Shown here in pieces: positions 59,074-64,000 of a stretch of DNA of 64,000 bases. The notes beneath the pieces are model-generated. The model was not told the origin of the DNA, did not search any database, and saw only the letters and a list, made by a program, of their open reading frames with translations. The stretch spans positions 160,001-224,000 of the forward strand of contig CAWFJJ010000025.1 of assembly GCA_963816185.1 (NCBI GenBank), read 5' to 3'. The DNA comes from Thermoanaerobaculia bacterium (lineage in GTDB: Bacteria; Acidobacteriota; Thermoanaerobaculia; UBA5066). The position numbers were made by a program, and so were the translations under genes. The first letter of the stretch is position 1, and each line of letters opens with the position of its first letter.

Positions 59074-59928
59074 ATGAGAGCCCTCGCCGCCAACATCGAA
59101 GAGGTCTTCCGCGAAGCCGCGGCGCGCTGGACGCTCGTCGCGTACTTCGCGCTGTCGTCTCTCTTCATCCTGCTCTTCGCGATGGCCGTGAACCTCGACG
59201 TCGTGAACGGAGCGCTCGCCGGCGCGAAGATCTTCGGCCAGAACGTCCACATGGGACGCCAGAGCGTGGATCTCGACAAGCTCGTTCTCGGCTTCGAGTC
59301 GGGCTTCGCGGGCTTCCTCTACGTGGTCGGGACGTTCCTCGCGATCTTCGCGACGGCGCATCTCGTGCCGCGCCTCCAGGAGAAGGGCACGGTCGACCTC
59401 TACCTTTCGCGCCCCGTCGGCCGCGTGCCTCTCCTCCTTTCGCGCTACGTCGGGGGGATGCTGCTTTCGGCCTCGAACGTCGTCTACCTCCTCGGGGCGA
59501 TGTGGCTTCTCGTCATCTGGAAGACGCATCTCGTGCATCCGCGTTTCTTCTTCGCGGCCGGAATCATCCTGTTCGGGATCGCGGCGCTCATGGCGTTCGC
59601 GTTCCTCGTCGGGACACTGACGTCCTCGACGGCCGTCTCGATCATGGCGACGTTCGCGGTGTTCTTCCTCTCCGCGATCCTCGCGAACCACGACCGCATC
59701 GCGGCGGCGCTGTCCGCCGAATGGGCGGCCGCGCTCGTCCAGGGTCTCTACTGGGTCTTCCCGAAGACCGCGCAGCTCGGTGCCGCCGTCGTCGGCCTCG
59801 TCATGGGCGACGAGGGGCCGCGGCGCATGCGCGACGCCCTCACGCTCCAGCCTTTCGTCACGACGGGCCTCTTCGGCGCCGTCTGCCTCGCCCTCGCGTG
59901 CCTGAGATTCCGGAGAAAGGACTTCTGA
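59074..59928 (+). CDS. ABC-2 type permease
   Basis: Six TM helices, EKGTVDLYLSRPVGR, FRRKDF end. Confidence 0.9.
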   Translation: MRALAANIEEVFREAAARWTLVAYFALSSLFILLFAMAVNLDVVNGALAGAKIFGQNVHMGRQSVDLDKLVLGFESGFAGFLYVVGTFLAIFATAHLVPRLQEKGTVDLYLSRPVGRVPLLLSRYVGGMLLSASNVVYLLGAMWLLVIWKTHLVHPRFFFAAGIILFGIAALMAFAFLVGTLTSSTAVSIMATFAVFFLSAILANHDRIAAALSAEWAAALVQGLYWVFPKTAQLGAAVVGLVMGDEGPRRMRDALTLQPFVTTGLFGAVCLALACLRFRRKDF

Positions 59929-59930
59929 CC

Positions 59931-60942
59931 ATGAAGAGACTCGCCGTTCTTCCGACCGCCCTCGCGTTCGCCGCAACTCTCGCGCTCCCTGCCGCCGCCA
60001 AAGGCGGCGACGACGCGCTTTCCCTCGTCCCGGCCGACGCGGCCTCGGTGGGCGTCATTCACGTCGCGGACCTCAGGTCGAGCCCGCTCGCCGCACGCCT
60101 CTTCTCGGACACGGACCACGTCTGCGTCGGCGGCGACGCGCAGCACTTCCTCGACGAGGCGCGCCTCAACCCGAAGGAGGACGTGGACCTCGTCGTGGCA
60201 GCCGGCTCGCCGAAGGGCGCGGGCGGAAGCGACGGCTGGGGCCTCGTGCTGTTCGAAGGCCGATTCGACCCCGCGCGGCTCTCGGCGGCTCTCGTCGAGA
60301 GGGGAGCGACGAAGAAGTCCACGCCCGCGGGCGACTATTTCCTCGTCCCCGACCGCCATGCGGATGCGTCCGGCCACGGTGGCGGCCCGGCGGCGATCGC
60401 CTTCGCGAGCAAGCACCTCGTGATCGCGGGCTCCGAATCGGCGGTCGTCAACGGCGCTCGCGCAGCGAAGCGCCGGAGGCACCGGCTTCGCCTCGGGCGC
60501 CGGCCTCGGCCGTCACCTCTCGCGCATCGACGCGGGCGCTTCGGCCTGGGCTCTCGTGGACGTCTCGCGCATTCCGGCGAAGGAGTCCGCAGCGCGGCAC
60601 ACGGAAGCTCACGCCTCGGGTGACGGCGCCGCGGCCGCGCTCGTGTCATCCATGAAATCCGTCCAGTTCCTCGCGCTCCAGGCCACGGCGAAAGGCGACG
60701 CCCTGAAGATCGCCGCGACCGGCGTCGCGAGCGACGCCGAGACGGCCGGCCTCATGGAGGACGCGCTCCGCGGCGTGCTCGCGGCCTGGCGCCTCGCGGC
60801 GCAGGAGAAATCGCCGGAGACGGTGTCCGTGCTCCGCAAGTTCACGGTCTCGCGCGACAAGGAAACGGTCTCGATCAGCGGGACTCTCCCGGGCGCGACC
60901 GTGCGCGCGCTCGCGGAGAAGAAGCACGCTCACGTCGACTGA
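59931..60942 (+). CDS. secreted hypothetical protein (frameshift near 60452)
   Basis: Signal peptide, ALSLVPADAASV; continues in the frame of ORF 60556..60942. Confidence 0.7.
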
Positions 60943-60966
60943 GACCCAACTCCAATTGTCAAATCG

Positions 60967-60996
60967 AGAACGGGCGCTCCGGCGCCCGTTCTTCTT
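60967..60996 (+). terminator. putative intrinsic terminator
   Basis: AGAACGGGCGC-TCCG-GCGCCCGTTCT 11-bp stem followed by TCTT, about 25 nt after the stop. Confidence 0.65.
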
Positions 60997-61037
60997 GCGT
61001 TAGGCGCCGCGGGTTGGAGGACACTCCCAAGAGGAAG

Positions 61038-63587
61038 ATGCATCCGTACCTCCGGTTTGTCGCCTCACTTGGCTTCCTCTGGGCCACCGCGGTCGCCGCG
61101 CAGGACTTGTCCGTCGTCGCCGAGCTCCCGGGCGCCATCGCGGACTCGAGCCTGCCGCGCGTCTTCGTCCTCAGCCTCGCGAAGAACGGGCCGAAGTTCG
61201 TCGTGAACCTGGCGACGCCCGCCGGTTCGATTCGGGTATGGCCGGTCGGGCGGGTTTCGGAGCCGATCATCTCCAAACTGCCTGACGATGCGGGAATCAA
61301 CGTGGTTGCCGCGTTCGCCGACTTCGACGGCGACGGATTCCTGGACGTCGCGATCCCGGGCACGAACCGGATCGAGTTTCTGAAGGGCGATGGGGCGGGA
61401 CGCTTCGCTCTCGCGGCGACGCTCGCGACGGACTTCCAGCCTATCTGGCTTGCTGCCGGCGACTTCGACGGCGACGGGCGCCCGGTCTCGTTGCCGTGCA
61501 GGAGAACCAGGTATCCCTCGGCGGTTCTCTCCTGCTTTCTCTCCACGGGCGGCTTCACCTTCGCTCCCGCCCGCATGACTGCCGTGACGCCGATCGGCGG
61601 CGTTAGCTACATGACGGCCGGCGACATCGACGGCGACGGTCGCGCGGACCTCGTCGTCGCACCGGGCATGGGGTTGGTATCGGTCTGGCGAGGAGCTGGG
61701 GACGGCAGCTTCACGCTCTTGATCGACAACCTCGTGAGTTACTACCCGCAAGAGCCGATTCTCGCGGATCTCGACGGTGACGGCCTTCCCGAGATCATCT
61801 TTCGCACGGAGTACCCGTTCCCGCCCTTTCTCATCTCGATCTACAAGAACGACGGCGGGGGGCATTTCCATCTGCTCGGCAATATCGGAACGAGCTATAG
61901 GGCGGACGCCCCGTTTCTCTTCGACGTCGACGGCGACGGTCGGCCCGAGATCGTGTTCAGGGAGCAGTCGGACGCGGGAAGCTGGTACGTTTCGATCTGG
62001 AAGCTCGTGGGAGGCGCGTTCACCGAAAGCAGGCTGACTCTTCCGAATACGCACATGGCGCTCTTTGGCGCCGTTGACTGGGACGGCGACGGCCGGCCCG
62101 AGTTCGTCGGCGCGGGCGCCGACCGGATCCAGATCTTCGGGAGCTCCGGCGTGCGGACCGATGTCGCCGTCGTGCCGGTCCTCCTGTCGACGACCGGGCT
62201 CCTTGGCTCGCGCTTCGATTCCGACCTCCTCCTGACGAACTCGGGGACGACGCCAGCCCATGCGACTCTTCATTACACGTCGTCGACGGGAGGCGGGACC
62301 GGAAGCGTCGAGACAGACCTCGCTCCGGGCCGGCAGCTCTTCGCTCCGTCGGCCGTCGGCTTCCTCCGCGACGCAGGTCTTCCCATCGCGGCCGAGGGAA
62401 ACGTCATCGGCACGCTGCGCATCGACGTGACCGGAGCCTCTTCGCCGGGCGCCGTGAGCGCGTCCGTCAGGACGACGACGCCGTCGGGCGCGGGCGTCGC
62501 GTATGGAGGGTCGCCGCTCGTCTCGCTTCTCAGGGGCCCGTCCATCGTCCCGTGGCTCGCCGAGACCGCGAAGGACCGGACGAACCTCGCTCTCGTGAAC
62601 GCGGGCGCGCAAAGCGACGGCTCCCTCACGCTCCGCCTGGAGGTCCATCCCGGCGACGGCACCTCGGCCCTCGTCGTCCTTCCGGACGTTGTTCTCGAGC
62701 CCGGCGCGTTCTCGCAGGTCGGCCGTGTCCTCGCCGCGGCGGGCCTGTCGACCAATTTCGGCTGGGCGCGCGTCACGCGCGTCTCTGGCAACGCTCCCTA
62801 TCTCGCTTGGGCGGCCGTGAACGACGCGGTGAGCAGTGATGGGTCGTTCGTTCCGGCGGTGCCCGAGTCGGCCGCGTTCGAAACCGATTGGGTCGTGCCG
62901 AGCGCCGTCCAGACTGCGCGATATGCGACGGAATTCGTCGCGACGAATCCGGGAGTCGATCCGGTGACCCTGCAGGTGACGCTCGTGACGACCGGAACGG
63001 TCCTCCATGAGACGCTCGGCCCGGGCGCGACGTTCTACGTGCGGGACTTCTTCGCGGAGCTCAGAAGCCGAGGCCTTCCCGGCGCTCCGGCGGCGGGCGC
63101 CGCCGTCGTGAGCCCGCTCTATTTGCGCGCTTCGGGATTCCCACAAGTCTTCGCGGGAATCAGGGTCTCGAGCGGCGTTGCCGGAGGGGCATCGTATGGG
63201 GTCTTCGAGCCGGCGACTCCGCAGGATCCCCTCAACGCCTTCTCTGCGGTCGTGCCCGATCTCAGGCAAGACGGGTCGACGCGTACGAACCTCGGGATTC
63301 TGAATCTCAGCTCGGCTCCCCCTGCTTTCCGCGTCGAGATCTTCGACGGCATGACTGGAGGTCTCGTCGCCTCTCGGGACAATCTCGTTCTGAAGGGCAA
63401 CGAGCTGCGGCAGCTCAACTCCGTCCTCCTCGATCTCGCCCCGGGCACGACGCGGGCGTGGGCCCGCGTGACTCCGCTTGCCCCGTATGCGCCCGTGCCA
63501 TTCGCCGCGTACGCGGTCGTGAACGACGGCGCCGAGCCCGGGCGGGGAACGGACGACGGCTCGTTCGTGCCGGCGATCCCCGAGTAG
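61038..63587 (+). CDS. secreted FG-GAP/VCBS repeat protein with four C-terminal beta-rich repeats
   Basis: Signal peptide; six DxDGDG motifs; repeats starting VVP/IVP with TN/RTNL cores and DGSFVPA ends. Confidence 0.85.
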   Translation: MHPYLRFVASLGFLWATAVAAQDLSVVAELPGAIADSSLPRVFVLSLAKNGPKFVVNLATPAGSIRVWPVGRVSEPIISKLPDDAGINVVAAFADFDGDGFLDVAIPGTNRIEFLKGDGAGRFALAATLATDFQPIWLAAGDFDGDGRPVSLPCRRTRYPSAVLSCFLSTGGFTFAPARMTAVTPIGGVSYMTAGDIDGDGRADLVVAPGMGLVSVWRGAGDGSFTLLIDNLVSYYPQEPILADLDGDGLPEIIFRTEYPFPPFLISIYKNDGGGHFHLLGNIGTSYRADAPFLFDVDGDGRPEIVFREQSDAGSWYVSIWKLVGGAFTESRLTLPNTHMALFGAVDWDGDGRPEFVGAGADRIQIFGSSGVRTDVAVVPVLLSTTGLLGSRFDSDLLLTNSGTTPAHATLHYTSSTGGGTGSVETDLAPGRQLFAPSAVGFLRDAGLPIAAEGNVIGTLRIDVTGASSPGAVSASVRTTTPSGAGVAYGGSPLVSLLRGPSIVPWLAETAKDRTNLALVNAGAQSDGSLTLRLEVHPGDGTSALVVLPDVVLEPGAFSQVGRVLAAAGLSTNFGWARVTRVSGNAPYLAWAAVNDAVSSDGSFVPAVPESAAFETDWVVPSAVQTARYATEFVATNPGVDPVTLQVTLVTTGTVLHETLGPGATFYVRDFFAELRSRGLPGAPAAGAAVVSPLYLRASGFPQVFAGIRVSSGVAGGASYGVFEPATPQDPLNAFSAVVPDLRQDGSTRTNLGILNLSSAPPAFRVEIFDGMTGGLVASRDNLVLKGNELRQLNSVLLDLAPGTTRAWARVTPLAPYAPVPFAAYAVVNDGAEPGRGTDDGSFVPAIPE

Positions 63588-63655
63588 GTCGCGCGCCGGC
63601 GGCCTTACACTGGGCGCGAGATCTTCCCGGCCCTCGGGGGAATCAAGGAGTCGAG

Positions 63656-64000
63656 ATGACTGAAAGGTTCACCGCTCGCCCTTTCGCGTGGCTCGTCGCC
63701 GCCGCCGCTTCCCTCTCCTTCGCCGGCGTCGCCGCCGCGCAGAGCGGATCCAGCTACGTCTACAAGCACCAGCGCGGCATGGACGAGACGTTCCGCCTGA
63801 ACCTCGGCGGGCTGTATCCGACCTTCGATACGACCGTGCAGTACGGAACCATCACGTTGCCGGGAACGGAGATCGCGCTCGAAAGCGACCTCGGGCTCCC
63901 GGAGAAGAAGTTCGCGTTACAGGCGGACGGTTATCTTCGACTCGGGCGCCACGCGCGGCTCGACTTCGCGTACCAGCAGTGGAACCGCTCGGCCACGAAA
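63656..64000 (+). CDS. putative outer-membrane beta-barrel protein, 3'-truncated by window edge
   Basis: AAGGAG RBS; signal peptide (AAA|Q); FRLNLGG, ESDLGL, RHARLDFAY amphipathic strands. Confidence 0.7.
   Translation, partial: MTERFTARPFAWLVAAAASLSFAGVAAAQSGSSYVYKHQRGMDETFRLNLGGLYPTFDTTVQYGTITLPGTEIALESDLGLPEKKFALQADGYLRLGRHARLDFAYQQWNRSATK

Overview
High-GC (about 69% by eye) bacterial chromosomal window, most likely Acidobacteriota (Thermoanaerobaculia-like; inferred from gene content). It is mostly housekeeping and accessory metabolism: cstA, ftsH-hpt-like-[M64 peptidase]-tilS, an AbrB/VapC toxin-antitoxin pair, tRNA-Met(CAT), thpR, an rsmH-like gene, DUF47/PiT, rlmI, UbiD, pip, a MacAB-like exporter with three permeases, a PLP decarboxylase, a serpin, lhr, a DUF4178/DUF350/speE-like/amine-oxidase/speD operon, a Ser/Thr kinase, acnA, an ABC-2 exporter and an FG-GAP surface protein. 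No integrase, transposase or CRISPR was seen. Several genes carry single-base frameshifts that look like assembly indels. Three observations stand out. (1) A dispersed AT-rich motif, TTCTTAGAA, has 7 exact and several near-exact copies in purine-skewed low-GC islets, mostly inside genes, in different frames, and often at the edges of apparent insertions. (2) The polyamine-type operon includes a 55-aa GGK-tailed peptide gene missing from the ORF track. (3) The Hpt homologue has lost its catalytic motifs. All family assignments come from motif recognition by eye, not database searches.
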